Shown: one piece after another, positions 1 through 10,290 of the stretch | Layout: every line of letters starts with the position of its first letter | Numbering within the stretch: the first letter of the stretch is position 1 | Assembly: GCA_050250375.1 (NCBI GenBank) | Contig: JBFWOS010000001.1 | Coordinates: forward strand, 1,086,361-1,150,360 | DNA from: Candidatus Omnitrophota bacterium | GTDB taxonomy: Bacteria; Omnitrophota; Gorgyraeia; Zapsychrales; Zapsychraceae | DNA length: 64,000 nucleotides | Direction: 5' to 3' | The notes under the pieces: generated by a model | Told to the model about the DNA's origin: nothing | Databases searched by the model: none | The model's input: only the letters and a program-made list of their open reading frames with translations | Program-made: the position numbers and the translations under genes

Positions 1-652
1 TGTTAAACGCGTAGTTAGAAGCAAAGGCGTCGGTCATCCAGATTTCACCCCATCCGGAAACCAGTCCGGTAATTCCAACCCGTTTCAGCGCTTCGATGGC
101 CGCAATAAACTCACTGAACGATTGGGGGGCTGTTTTGATTCCAGCTTTTTCCAGAAGTTTTTTATTATAAAGCATCTGGATATTGGTGACATCAATCGGG
201 ACCCCATAAATACCGGGTTCCACGCCGTAAACATTGTCGGCGGTAAAACGATTAACATCCAAAGCCTTTGGAAAAAGCGATTGCTCCCATTCGCCGTTAT
301 TCTTCTGGAATTCTTCCGTCAGGCTGGCAACAAATTCATATTTGATGAAATCCGCAAAGATTTCTTTTTTATCGAGAATGCCGTATATGTCGGGAAGGGT
401 GTTGGCCTGTGCGGAGGCGGTAATTCTTTGAGAATATGTATCAGGCGGGGCAAACAACTGGATTTTAATTTTAACGCCGGTCTCTTGTTCGTACTGCTGG
501 GCCAGGGTCTGAAAGGCCTTATCCCGGTCGGTCATCCAATGCCAGAGGGTAATTTCATTACTCTGCGCTTGGTTCCCTGTGGAACCACCCATCATTTTTA
601 TACCGACTACAACAAGAACAACAAGCACAACAATTACGAGCACTTTTTTCAT
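1..652 (-). CDS. Carbohydrate ABC transporter substrate-binding protein (partial; runs off window start)
   Basis: Not in ORF track. Manual translation from ATG at 652: MKKVLVIVVLVVLVVVGIKMMGG...EITLWHWMTDRDKAFQTLAQQYEQETGVKIKIQL...LPDIY...IYGVPIDVTNIQMLYNKKLLEKAGI. N-terminal anchor plus SBP_bac_1-type motifs. Confidence 0.88.
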   Translation of the reverse strand, partial: MKKVLVIVVLVVLVVVGIKMMGGSTGNQAQSNEITLWHWMTDRDKAFQTLAQQYEQETGVKIKIQLFAPPDTYSQRITASAQANTLPDIYGILDKKEIFADFIKYEFVASLTEEFQKNNGEWEQSLFPKALDVNRFTADNVYGVEPGIYGVPIDVTNIQMLYNKKLLEKAGIKTAPQSFSEFIAAIEALKRVGITGLVSGWGEIWMTDAFASNYAFN

Positions 653-688
653 ATAAACTCCAATGATATTGAAAATGTTGAAGTTAGG

Positions 689-717
689 AGTATATCACGG
701 TCAATATTAAATGTCAA
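689..717 (-). promoter_or_regulatory. Sigma70-type promoter for the ABC SBP gene
   Basis: Minus strand TTGACA-17 nt-TATACT with extended -10 TGn, 37 nt upstream of the ATG at 652. Confidence 0.75.
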
Positions 718-737
718 AAGACTAAATGACTGATCTT

Positions 738-3434
738 TCAACTTAATATGACTTGTAATTTGACTTCCTCCGCTGATTTCTCAATTAGACTTCGCTCGAC
801 CATGAATGACACTGGCTGTCCCTGCTTCACAGGTAATGAATGGTCATTCAACCGAACGGCCTCGATTGTATAATCGCCGAAATCTTTTAATGATTTATTT
901 ATATATTCCACATCCAATCTCTTTCCGGCAAAGCTGCACTGGATTGATGCCTGACCATCCGCACTAAACTGTTCCCTGACCAATTTCGGGGACACCATTA
1001 AATGACCGTTTGAACCAAAGACCCCGAACATCTGTGTCAGCACCGTTAAGACAAGCCAGCTGGCCGAACCTGTCAGGTAATGATACATCCCACGCCCCTG
1101 CGAATCAAAATACTCCGGAATCCCGGGATAAATCCAGCTCTTATCTGTATCCATCGACATATTAAAAATAGATTGGAGGACTTCATATCCTTCACGGACA
1201 AAACCTTGTTTGTACAGGGCGAAGGCGTACATGACAATCATGTGGCTGAAAAATGCGCCGTTTTCTTTTGTCCCGAATGCAAAACCGAAAGCACGCCCCA
1301 AATCAAGATAATGAGAGATCTTAAAATCCGAATTGAGCCGATAGCCTCCCAACTCTTTATCTTTAAGAAATTGTTCTACCGCGGCAATCACTTGTTTGAC
1401 TTCATTTTCTTTTGCCAGTCCACTCATCAACGGGAATACCTGCCCGGTTAACGTCATCCTGGCCGTCTTCCCGACCAAACCTTCAACCTGCATCCCTTTG
1501 TTATCGTAATAGCCGTTGAACCACGTCAAATTTGAAACGGTCACCTTCTCCTGATGCCGGATATGATCAAAAATCCACTGCCCTTTTTTTCGCAAGTCAC
1601 TGACGATATCTTTTATTTTGATAGTAACTTTGTCCCCCGAAATCCTGGGTTCCACGGAATTAAAATACTTCTCAAAGAGTAACGTTCTTTTTTCCTGAAC
1701 GCTGTCATAATCAATCGGAGTATTAAACGTGTCCATTAACAAAGACAGTTCTTTGGCCAATGCTAATTCATGAATGTTTGATTCCCCGGACAAATGTTCG
1801 AGCATCTTGGCCAGCTGAAGCATATTCCCGGCATATTGACTGGCAAAGGCCACGCTTTCACCGCGTTCAAAGGCCATATCGAGCCCGTCATTCCAGTCCG
1901 CATTTTCCAGGCGGATAATATTATGTTCCCCCACATTATAAAACTGGACCAAATGCTGGACGAGAAGATGTTCGACAACCGTGCCTTCATAAATATCGTT
2001 ATTGATATCTCTTAACTTATTTTCGTTATCCGCAACCCACTGGCCGTCTTTTTTAAAATTCCTGGATAACTGGCGGTCTTTGAAATATGAGTTTGTTTCC
2101 AATAAGATATCAAAATCACCCGTCTGGTGGATATAAAGAAACAATGTCATCAACGGCCAGACCCCGTGGTCCATCCACACCCTTGATATGGCATTGCGGT
2201 CTGCAATAAATTCCCCCGGATTGGTCCCGATGATCGTTGCATTGGATCCGTCAATCCGGACACCGGCAAAATTGTTCAGCAGGGTCTCTTTGACCTGATG
2301 CGGCTCGATAAGGATCAGCGACAATAAATCCTGCCAGATATCCCTCCACCCTTTCCCCCCTTTTCCGTAATCATGATCCGGAAGGAATGAACACCCGAAA
2401 ATTCTTCGCAGGACCGGCTGCAAAACGACCCATCGCATCCAGGAATTAAAATCTTTATCCTGCGTCTTAACAACAACCGAATCCGTTTTCTTGATCCAGT
2501 ACGTCCGGTTCTCCATAAAAGCATTGTTGAATTGTTCAGAAAATTTAAACCGGTTGAACACGTCCATCGCCTGATTTTCATCAGCCGCGATTCCGATCAT
2601 GACAAAATATGTTTTTGATTCGTTCGGATTAAGCGTAAGATCATAAAACCTTACGGCTCCTACGGCTTCCTTGCCCTGCAAAGCACGGTCTTCCAGATCG
2701 GCCGGTTCATTATTGCGCAAAACAGCCTCAGGCCGTATAAAATCGCCTGCATATCCGCAAAAACTTTCGACTGTCGGAAAGGTCCCTTTAATCGGCTGTC
2801 CGCTGTCTTCAATTCCGAAAACAAAATAAACGTCACTATTGGCGGCATGTCCTTTTTCATTAAATTTCATCGTTGGGCATACCAATACCCCGTGCTCAAA
2901 CTGTTTTATGCGGTTAAGCAAACTGGTCACATGCTCGTGGTCATGTTTATTCGACAAAGAACGGGCGAACAGCGGAACAGCGACTGTCGGAGTCATTGAT
3001 TGGGGCGTTCCCGACTGATTGGTGACCACCACCCTCATCAATTCAACATTTTCTCCGCTAACCGGGATAAAGTTTAATACTTCAACCGAAATCTGCGATT
3101 GTGAGTCAAACTTAGAGACTTTATGCCATAACGGACCGGCCTCAACCTTGATGGCATTCGGATCACCGTGGGGGTCAGCTATACTGAAAATACCATTATT
3201 GATATTGAGATAAACGTTACGCAACGGCTGGCGCAGATCTTCCGTGGAAACCGGTTTTGTCAGGTAACGGTCTTTATCAAGCTTAATATCTCCTGATAAA
3301 AATGCCGTGATGGAAGATTTTAAATGATTGGATGTCGGGCCACACAACGGAAAATACATTGTACGGTTAAACCCGGCCTTTTCAGATTTGAAAGAAATCT
3401 GGTCTCCATAATAGTTATACAAAGGATGTGGCAT
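738..3434 (-). CDS. GH94 glycoside phosphorylase, laminaribiose-phosphorylase-like
   Basis: 898 aa; DYGKGGKGWRDIWQD, ADWNDGL (catalytic Asp region), ENGAFFSH and YLTGSASW motifs; next to a sugar SBP. Confidence 0.8.
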   Translation of the reverse strand: MPHPLYNYYGDQISFKSEKAGFNRTMYFPLCGPTSNHLKSSITAFLSGDIKLDKDRYLTKPVSTEDLRQPLRNVYLNINNGIFSIADPHGDPNAIKVEAGPLWHKVSKFDSQSQISVEVLNFIPVSGENVELMRVVVTNQSGTPQSMTPTVAVPLFARSLSNKHDHEHVTSLLNRIKQFEHGVLVCPTMKFNEKGHAANSDVYFVFGIEDSGQPIKGTFPTVESFCGYAGDFIRPEAVLRNNEPADLEDRALQGKEAVGAVRFYDLTLNPNESKTYFVMIGIAADENQAMDVFNRFKFSEQFNNAFMENRTYWIKKTDSVVVKTQDKDFNSWMRWVVLQPVLRRIFGCSFLPDHDYGKGGKGWRDIWQDLLSLILIEPHQVKETLLNNFAGVRIDGSNATIIGTNPGEFIADRNAISRVWMDHGVWPLMTLFLYIHQTGDFDILLETNSYFKDRQLSRNFKKDGQWVADNENKLRDINNDIYEGTVVEHLLVQHLVQFYNVGEHNIIRLENADWNDGLDMAFERGESVAFASQYAGNMLQLAKMLEHLSGESNIHELALAKELSLLMDTFNTPIDYDSVQEKRTLLFEKYFNSVEPRISGDKVTIKIKDIVSDLRKKGQWIFDHIRHQEKVTVSNLTWFNGYYDNKGMQVEGLVGKTARMTLTGQVFPLMSGLAKENEVKQVIAAVEQFLKDKELGGYRLNSDFKISHYLDLGRAFGFAFGTKENGAFFSHMIVMYAFALYKQGFVREGYEVLQSIFNMSMDTDKSWIYPGIPEYFDSQGRGMYHYLTGSASWLVLTVLTQMFGVFGSNGHLMVSPKLVREQFSADGQASIQCSFAGKRLDVEYINKSLKDFGDYTIEAVRLNDHSLPVKQGQPVSFMVERSLIEKSAEEVKLQVILS

Positions 3435-3541
3435 TATTTGAAGTTCTTCGAATTATTGTGTTTTCATCCTGAATTAAACTTTGGAAAGTTTATCACGGCT
3501 GGGCAAGTCAGGTCAAGATTAAATAATACAGATTAGTTTAT

Positions 3542-3898
3542 TTATTGAGATATGGCGTTAGCGTGGAATTTATAAAGGCGGGCCATGCGTAAAAGTTCAA
3601 TTTTATGGAACTTCAATCCGATTTCCCAGAAATTTGCAGCGGTCTTCTTGATCCAGACGACTTCCCCCCGTAAATCCATCGGAGCCAAACCGTCCGGCAG
3701 ATCAATCTCTAAAGCGATCTTATCATTTAAAAAAAGGCGGTCTTTAGTTGTGAATTGCGCCCCGAAGGCAGACGCATTTCGCAGATAAACATTTTCTCCG
3801 AACGGTTCTCGTTCATCCTTGAATTTGGCGGGATAACGGGCTGAAAACCGCTCAAATAAACGCCGGTCATCTTTACGGATTTCTTCAAACATATCCAT
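3542..3898 (-). CDS. PilZ domain protein
   Basis: RRLFER (RxxxR) and NASAFG (D/NxSxxG) motifs; GEVVW and EIGLKF strands. Confidence 0.85.
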   Translation of the reverse strand: MDMFEEIRKDDRRLFERFSARYPAKFKDEREPFGENVYLRNASAFGAQFTTKDRLFLNDKIALEIDLPDGLAPMDLRGEVVWIKKTAANFWEIGLKFHKIELLRMARLYKFHANAISQ

Positions 3899-3904
3899 AT
3901 TGTT

Positions 3905-4231
3905 TTATTTATGAAAATATTTTTGCAGACGGGCTTTGGAACCACGCATCACATCTTCAAATGTGACACCGATACGGTAATTGGATGATCCTGAAATTGC
4001 CCTGGCCCAAAGGACCCGGCCGATAACCAATACGGGCAAATCTTCTTCGCCTAAATCAAGTTCTATCGGAATTCGTTTATTAACAGGAATGCGGCGGGGA
4101 GAAACAAATCCGAGGCCTCCCTTGCTGATATCAATCACATTGCTGGAATCAAAAATACCGCCTTTTTTTCCATCAACGGGCACTTCACAACTCAATCTTT
4201 TATTTCTGCGTTTATTTAATTCTTTGTTCAT
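3905..4231 (-). CDS. PilZ domain protein
   Basis: KRRNKR and DISKGG motifs; GRVLW and RIGVTF strands. Confidence 0.9.
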   Translation of the reverse strand: MNKELNKRRNKRLSCEVPVDGKKGGIFDSSNVIDISKGGLGFVSPRRIPVNKRIPIELDLGEEDLPVLVIGRVLWARAISGSSNYRIGVTFEDVMRGSKARLQKYFHK

Positions 4232-4421
4232 AATAAGAAAATTAGACTTGGTTCCTTTAACCTTGCTTTTAGTCTAACAAGGTTGCTGAAATTTTCAATC
4301 AATATCTGAAAAAATTTTGACCTTGAATTTGTTTTTGGAATTAATAAAGCGACTACAGCTTTATTAGTTCAAATATAAAACAGTTTGTACGCAATTTCAA
4401 TAGCGGTTTCGGAATTTATTC

Positions 4422-4450
4422 AAAATATTGACCTTTTTGGTCAATATTTT
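4422..4450. terminator. Perfect 12-bp inverted repeat, probable terminator of the large minus-strand cluster
   Basis: AAAATATTGACC-TTTTT-GGTCAATATTTT, 25 nt past the GT9 stop. Confidence 0.5.
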
Positions 4451-4474
4451 CTCTCGTCCGGACAATTTTTCATT

Positions 4475-5674
4475 TTATTTCATAAAAACCGAATCGTAGA
4501 CCTGTTCGGGTGAAATATCTTTTAAGCACAAATTATCCCGGCACGCCGAGTTGCGATGGTTAAAAACGGACAGACAAGGAGAACACGGGATTCCTGAATA
4601 AAATATTGTAATACGTTCACCGAGCGGCGCAAAGATCTTGGGAGTTTCCGGCCCAAAAAGGACAAATTGCCTGACTTTTGTCAATGCCGCCAGATGCGCC
4701 ATCCCGGAATCGTTCACAACCAAGGCTTTTGACACCGACATGAGGGCCAATAATTCCTGCAATGTTGTCTGCCCCATCAGATTAATGCACCTTTGGGGAT
4801 GATTTTGTGTTTGGGTGATCTGTTTTGCGCGTTCCGCCTTATCTTGCTGCCCGACAATCAACACATAGGTGTTATCGTGCGAAAGGATCTTTGTAACCAG
4901 CCGGGTAAAATACTCTAAAGGCCACTCCCTCAAAGGGATACGCCCTTCTCCCGGACATATCAGATAAATCTCCGCGGTTGCGTCAACCCCCAGGCCATTC
5001 AATTTTTTGTACAGAGATTTTTCCTGCTCTTTCGTATGTTGAAAAGAAACCAGATCAAAGCGGTTATCCTCTTTGAGAATTTCAGGCGACAACTTTTCGT
5101 TCTTTTCGACTGCCGTTCCCATCAGCAAATACATTTCACTGACATGGAGATGCGGATTGTATTGAATCTTATGTGTCAGCAGATCTCCGCGGTAAACCCC
5201 TTCAATTGTATACCGATGAAAGCCGACCCGTTTAAAAGCACCGCTCAGATAAGAAAGAATGGCTGTAAACCTGGAAAAAAATTCTAAATCAATCACGACA
5301 TCAAATTTTTCTTTACGTATCTTCCATAATAAGACAAATACACCTTTTACAAAAGCGGCGGGTGAACTTTCATCAATGGTCCACACATGGACTGGAATGG
5401 ATGGAACGAACACCTCAAATAGTTCCCGGTTACTTTTAAATGTTAAATAATGCAGTTCTGCTTGCGGATATTTTGTGTTCAACTTTTTAAGTAGGGGATA
5501 AGATAAAATGATCGCTCCGAGTTCCGATGGCTTGATGAACAAGATCTTAGACGGATCCTTTAGATCGCGGGAATCCGGAAAAAACAGACTCAATATCTTA
5601 TGCCATAACGTCAATATAAAACAAACGGGAATACCGATCAAATAATCCACCCGTTTCATAAATGTAAATCCCAT
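4475..5674 (-). CDS. Glycosyltransferase family 9 (heptosyltransferase-like)
   Basis: ILFIKPSELG, REWPLEYF, VVNDSGMAHLAA, LFGPETP and C-terminal CSPC...C...CL. Confidence 0.88.
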   Translation of the reverse strand: MGFTFMKRVDYLIGIPVCFILTLWHKILSLFFPDSRDLKDPSKILFIKPSELGAIILSYPLLKKLNTKYPQAELHYLTFKSNRELFEVFVPSIPVHVWTIDESSPAAFVKGVFVLLWKIRKEKFDVVIDLEFFSRFTAILSYLSGAFKRVGFHRYTIEGVYRGDLLTHKIQYNPHLHVSEMYLLMGTAVEKNEKLSPEILKEDNRFDLVSFQHTKEQEKSLYKKLNGLGVDATAEIYLICPGEGRIPLREWPLEYFTRLVTKILSHDNTYVLIVGQQDKAERAKQITQTQNHPQRCINLMGQTTLQELLALMSVSKALVVNDSGMAHLAALTKVRQFVLFGPETPKIFAPLGERITIFYSGIPCSPCLSVFNHRNSACRDNLCLKDISPEQVYDSVFMK

Positions 5675-5681
5675 AACGCCT

Positions 5682-7058
5682 CTATTCCTTAAAAAAACTT
5701 TGGGTGATCACGTCCGCTATGTTTCCTGCAATCAGTTTAATGCCGTCGGTTGATAAATGGCCGAAATCTCCGGCAAAATTGTCTACAAAATATTGTTCAT
5801 ACGGCTTCTGACTCAGGGCGTCTTTGAAAATCTTCTCATTGTCCACAAACACAACATTTCTATCCTTACCTAACATTTTAACCAACGGATCTAATTTTCG
5901 CATGGGGTATTGGACACTGACCAACTTGATCCCCCGGCTCAATACAATTTCCTTAATCTGCCTGTAATTATCAACCGTTAACGGAGATAAATATTGGGCA
6001 TCCAGATCAGCGGCTTTAATAAACTTCTCTTCAGCCTCCTTGACTTTCCCTTGAATCAAGTAATAACTCGCCCACATCTTGCTAAAAATATAACTGTCAG
6101 GAAATTTCTCATCAGCCTTTTGTAAGACCTGCTCAAGCTTATCATATTCTTTCTGTTTAAAATAAATCTGAGCCAGCTTTTCATATGCTTCGTCCGAGTC
6201 AGGAATGTTCTGTATCATGGCTAAAACCGTTTCTTCCGCCAAGGAATATTTCATCGCGTAAAAATACCGCATGCTTAACAGACTATACGCTTCTTCATTC
6301 TTTGGATCAAGCTCTATGGCTCTTTTTAAATAGCTGACAGCCAAATCCATTTCCGCATAATACGAATAAATCCCCCCAAGGTTGGAATAAATCGGTGAAT
6401 AATCCGGATCAATCTTCATTGCTTTCTTTAATACCAATTCGGCCTCGTCAAATTCCAATCTATCCATATAATCATAGACCTGTTCCATCAATTTTGTCAT
6501 ACGAGGATCCTCATGAGACAAAACGTAATCCTCTTCCTTTTCAGAATTCCTGGATTGAGCATGTAGGCGAATATGATTCAACAACCGATATACCTTCAAC
6601 CGTTTCACGGCCAAAATAAACCAATTATCTTTATCATTTCCAAGCACTTCTTCCGTAACGTCGTTTCTTCCGTCATTAATTCCAATCATGGTGATAACCA
6701 TGTCCGGGGCGTATTTGCTCAGATTCTCTTTTAAATTAGAAAGGATAATACCGCTGGTTACACCCAGAATACCTTCATTAATGACCCGGAATTTGATTCC
6801 TAAATTTTTTTGATTTAATATTTTTTCCAGCTGATAGGGATACGAATGTTCCAGGGTTCCAGAAAACGTTGTCGATTCGCCGATACATAATATCCGGTAA
6901 GCTCCGGTTTCTTTCAAAGCCTGATGATTTTTATAAGATTGATAATATTTAAATACAAAGCCAGACAGTCGCATTCCGGTTTCGACAAAAATAACGGTCA
7001 TAATGAATCCAACCGCGATTAGAATAATTTTCTGCTTACCCGTTGTCTTGTCTTTCAT
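5682..7058 (-). CDS. Membrane-anchored SGNH/GDSL protein with internal TPR insert
   Basis: N-terminal TM; CIGESTT, VINEG, MIGIND; TPRs; C-terminal DFGH. Confidence 0.75.
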   Translation of the reverse strand: MKDKTTGKQKIILIAVGFIMTVIFVETGMRLSGFVFKYYQSYKNHQALKETGAYRILCIGESTTFSGTLEHSYPYQLEKILNQKNLGIKFRVINEGILGVTSGIILSNLKENLSKYAPDMVITMIGINDGRNDVTEEVLGNDKDNWFILAVKRLKVYRLLNHIRLHAQSRNSEKEEDYVLSHEDPRMTKLMEQVYDYMDRLEFDEAELVLKKAMKIDPDYSPIYSNLGGIYSYYAEMDLAVSYLKRAIELDPKNEEAYSLLSMRYFYAMKYSLAEETVLAMIQNIPDSDEAYEKLAQIYFKQKEYDKLEQVLQKADEKFPDSYIFSKMWASYYLIQGKVKEAEEKFIKAADLDAQYLSPLTVDNYRQIKEIVLSRGIKLVSVQYPMRKLDPLVKMLGKDRNVVFVDNEKIFKDALSQKPYEQYFVDNFAGDFGHLSTDGIKLIAGNIADVITQSFFKE

Positions 7059-7068
7059 GAACTTTCTG

Positions 7069-7770
7069 TCATTTCTTCCTGAAGATTAATTGAATAAAAT
7101 CAGCCATCGCTGTTCCCACCACTTTAATATTCGCCCCCGTTGGTACTCCTCCTTCACGGACAAAATGCTCAATCGGCACTTCTTTAATCCTGGCTTTTTT
7201 AACACGGGCATTAATAAACACATGTGTATAAAACGCTCCGGCGTGCGAGTCAATCCCTTCCGTTTCTAAGAACTGTTTATGGAACAATTTAAACCCGCAA
7301 TTGATATCTTTAGACTTAATCCCGAAGGCCGCTCCAACGCAAAAGGTATATAATTTCCCTAACATAATCCGGTGGACCGGATCGACCCGCTTTGAACGGT
7401 AACCGGCTATAATGTCATAGTCTCTGGTATAATTGAGCATCGGATCGATGGAGTTAATCTTAATCTGGCCGTCAGAATCCATAAGCAGAATCCATTCGTG
7501 CCTGGATCGCTCAATCCCCGAAATTAACGCCTTTCCATACCCTTTATTTACCGGAAGAGTGACCACCGTAACATGGTTATAAGATTTCCCCAAATCTTTT
7601 AAGATATCAGGTGAGCGGTCAGTACTGCCATCGTCTACCAGGATTATTTCATACCCGGTAATATTCTTGTGGGAATGAAGATGATTGTATACTTCTTCAA
7701 CGGTCTTTCGGATATTGGATTCTTCATTATAAACCGGAAGAATGACAGATAGGGTCACTTGATCGCTCAT
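7069..7770 (-). CDS. Glycosyltransferase family 2 (polyprenol-phosphate glycosyltransferase/DPM1-like)
   Basis: SVILPVYNEE, VDDGSTD, NKGYGKA, MDSDGQ, DINCGFKLF. Confidence 0.9.
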   Translation of the reverse strand: MSDQVTLSVILPVYNEESNIRKTVEEVYNHLHSHKNITGYEIILVDDGSTDRSPDILKDLGKSYNHVTVVTLPVNKGYGKALISGIERSRHEWILLMDSDGQIKINSIDPMLNYTRDYDIIAGYRSKRVDPVHRIMLGKLYTFCVGAAFGIKSKDINCGFKLFHKQFLETEGIDSHAGAFYTHVFINARVKKARIKEVPIEHFVREGGVPTGANIKVVGTAMADFIQLIFRKK

Positions 7771-9065
7771 ATCAACGTAATTAGACGCCCGACAAATAAC
7801 TTGAAACTTCGTATGAGCGTGAGCATGTTTGAACTGAGCAAATAGGCAGGCCTCAGATAGTACTTTAAATAAGTTTTACGGATATGCCGGTCGATGTATT
7901 TGTTAAAATTGATGTCAGGCATATAAACATTGCTTTTAAGATAAGGGTATACTTTATGAAATGATACAAAATTTGTGTTTAGTTCCTTGGCGAATTGAAA
8001 GGTTTCATTCCGGTCACTGTCCGATTCTTCCTTCAATCCGAACATATAAAAAGCCAGGGTCTTGATACCGGCCTGTTTGCACATCCTGACCCCTTCTTTG
8101 ATCTTCTCCGGAGAAATATGTTTATTTGTCAGATCCAGGTATTTCTTTGTGCCGCTTTCAACGCCAACATGGATCAATTGACAGCCGGCCGCTTTCATCT
8201 TCTTTAATATTTCCGGATCTACCGAATCAGCCCGGGTCTGGCAGCACCATTTGAAATCGTACTTCTTTTCGATGAGAAAATCACACATCCTTGAAACCTG
8301 CGCCTTATAATGTAGAAATTCAAGATCCATAAAATAAGCTGTTTTGACCCCGTGCTCCTCAACAGCAACCTGAATCTCTTTACAAATCTGTTCGCTGGTT
8401 TTGACCCGCAGTTTCGGTTCGTACATGATCTTGTTGCAGAATTTGCAGCCAAAATTACAGCCGCGGCCCAATTCGAACAGGACAAAATCTTTTCCGAGGA
8501 TTTCATAAAAGTATTTCCTGATATCCAGCAGATGAAACGCCGGAACGGGCAGATCGGTCAACTCAAAATTTCCCCGGTCCGGATTAGATTTGAAATGACC
8601 GTTTTCCCGATAACTGATGCCGGTGATTTGGGAAAGTTCCTGATCCTGACAGATATCATCCACAATGTATTCAGGCCCCCCGCGGATCACGGCCATAGCC
8701 CCGGTATTTTCTAATACCGTCACAGGGTCAACCGTCCCATGATAACCCATGATATAAAAATTATCCGTGTGTTCTTTAATTACTTTTACCGTTTCATAAA
8801 AAGCCGTCATATTAATATTGGGACATTGCCAGCGGTCAAGCGATGAGGATGTAATAAATATTTTATCGTAACCCATTAAATGGGTTTTTAATTTATGAGG
8901 TTTGATTCGCAAAGCATGCGCGTCGAGGATGCGGACAAAATGCCCTCTTTGCTCCAGGATCGCGGCACAATTAGCCAGGCACAGAGGCGGCCAGATACGG
9001 TTATACGTATGCTCTCCCTTTCCATAAGGGTACGGCCAGTAAGGTTTAATCAATAATATTTTCAT
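7767..9065 (-). CDS. B12-binding radical SAM protein
   Basis: N-terminal PPLCL cobalamin-type domain; GRGCNFGCKFC; AGCQLIHVGVESG. Confidence 0.88.
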   Translation of the reverse strand: MKILLIKPYWPYPYGKGEHTYNRIWPPLCLANCAAILEQRGHFVRILDAHALRIKPHKLKTHLMGYDKIFITSSSLDRWQCPNINMTAFYETVKVIKEHTDNFYIMGYHGTVDPVTVLENTGAMAVIRGGPEYIVDDICQDQELSQITGISYRENGHFKSNPDRGNFELTDLPVPAFHLLDIRKYFYEILGKDFVLFELGRGCNFGCKFCNKIMYEPKLRVKTSEQICKEIQVAVEEHGVKTAYFMDLEFLHYKAQVSRMCDFLIEKKYDFKWCCQTRADSVDPEILKKMKAAGCQLIHVGVESGTKKYLDLTNKHISPEKIKEGVRMCKQAGIKTLAFYMFGLKEESDSDRNETFQFAKELNTNFVSFHKVYPYLKSNVYMPDINFNKYIDRHIRKTYLKYYLRPAYLLSSNMLTLIRSFKLFVGRLITLI

Positions 9066-9068
9066 AGT

Positions 9069-10286
9069 CTAAAAAAACTGTATGATTTTTCTTAACGTTT
9101 CAATAAACAACCGAACTTCTTCTTCCGTATTATACGCATAGAGGGATACTCTCAAACTCGGTGTCAGCCGGTGTCTTTTATACCCCGCGTGACAGCAGTG
9201 CACGCCGCTGCGGGTCATGATGTTTTCCGTCTGGTCCAGAATAATGGACAATTCACCTGAATCCATTCCTTCAACATAAAAATTGATAATCCCGGACCGT
9301 AAATCAGGATCCTGCGGTCCGATTATCCGGACTTTTGGCCAGCTTTTAATCGTGTCGGTCATCAGCCGGTTGAGCATGGATACATGCGCTCTGATTTCTT
9401 TCAGGCCTGTCTTCGTCAAATATTCGATGGCCGCCGTAACGCCTGACGCCCCCGCGTAATTCTGCAGACCAGCTTCAAACCGGTCGGGGACTTTCGATAA
9501 AACAAAAGAATTGGCGCTAACATCATCAACGGTTTCTCCTCCGATATACAACGGCTCCAGATTATCCAGATGTTTCTTCTTAGCATAAAGACATCCCATT
9601 CCGCTGGGGCCAAGCATCTTATGAAACGAAAAAGCGAAAAAGTCAGCATCAAGTTTTTGTACATCAATTGAATGATGGGCGATACTCTGCGCGCCGTCAA
9701 CCAAAACCAATGCGCCGTGTTCATGGGACAACCGGATTATATCCTCAATCGGAAACGTGTACCCCGTAATATGGCTCGTGTGCACGATGCTGACCAATTT
9801 AGCCCCTTCTTTTAAAAGAGCAACAAACCTTTCTTGATCGAATTTCAAATCCTCGGTCAGGCCAAAAATTCTTAAAACGGTCTCTTTCTTTCTTCCAATC
9901 ATCTGCCAGGGTAAAAAATTCGAATTGTGTTCCAGGCTGCTTGTCAGAACCACTTCACCCTTCAAAAAATTTATGCCGTTCGCGACAAGATTAATGGATT
10001 CCGTCGCATTCTTGGTGAAAACGATTTCATCCGCGCTCTTGGCGTTAATAAATCTCTGAACAGACTTCTTGGCCTGTTCATAGGCGGACGTTGTTTTCAG
10101 TCCGAATTTATGAACCGACCGTTTATGACAGCTGGGATGAACCATATAATACTCGTTCATGGCCTCCACCACCTGTCTCGGTCGTAACGTCACACAGGCA
10201 TTATCAAAATAAACCGGCTTTTTCCCTTTACTCACGCTTTCTAACGAAGGGAAATCTTTTCTCAATTGATTGCAATCAAAACCCAT
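9069..10286 (-). CDS. Cysteine desulfurase (class II, SufS/Csd-like)
   Basis: YFDNA, LEHNSN, DGAQS, SFHKMLGP (PLP Lys), RSGVHCC catalytic loop. Confidence 0.88.
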   Translation of the reverse strand: MGFDCNQLRKDFPSLESVSKGKKPVYFDNACVTLRPRQVVEAMNEYYMVHPSCHKRSVHKFGLKTTSAYEQAKKSVQRFINAKSADEIVFTKNATESINLVANGINFLKGEVVLTSSLEHNSNFLPWQMIGRKKETVLRIFGLTEDLKFDQERFVALLKEGAKLVSIVHTSHITGYTFPIEDIIRLSHEHGALVLVDGAQSIAHHSIDVQKLDADFFAFSFHKMLGPSGMGCLYAKKKHLDNLEPLYIGGETVDDVSANSFVLSKVPDRFEAGLQNYAGASGVTAAIEYLTKTGLKEIRAHVSMLNRLMTDTIKSWPKVRIIGPQDPDLRSGIINFYVEGMDSGELSIILDQTENIMTRSGVHCCHAGYKRHRLTPSLRVSLYAYNTEEEVRLFIETLRKIIQFF

Positions 10287-10290
10287 GATC

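Noticed and set aside
122-733. 203-aa plus-strand ORF
   Set aside because: Antisense shadow of the minus-strand ABC substrate-binding gene, which has family motifs and a promoter.
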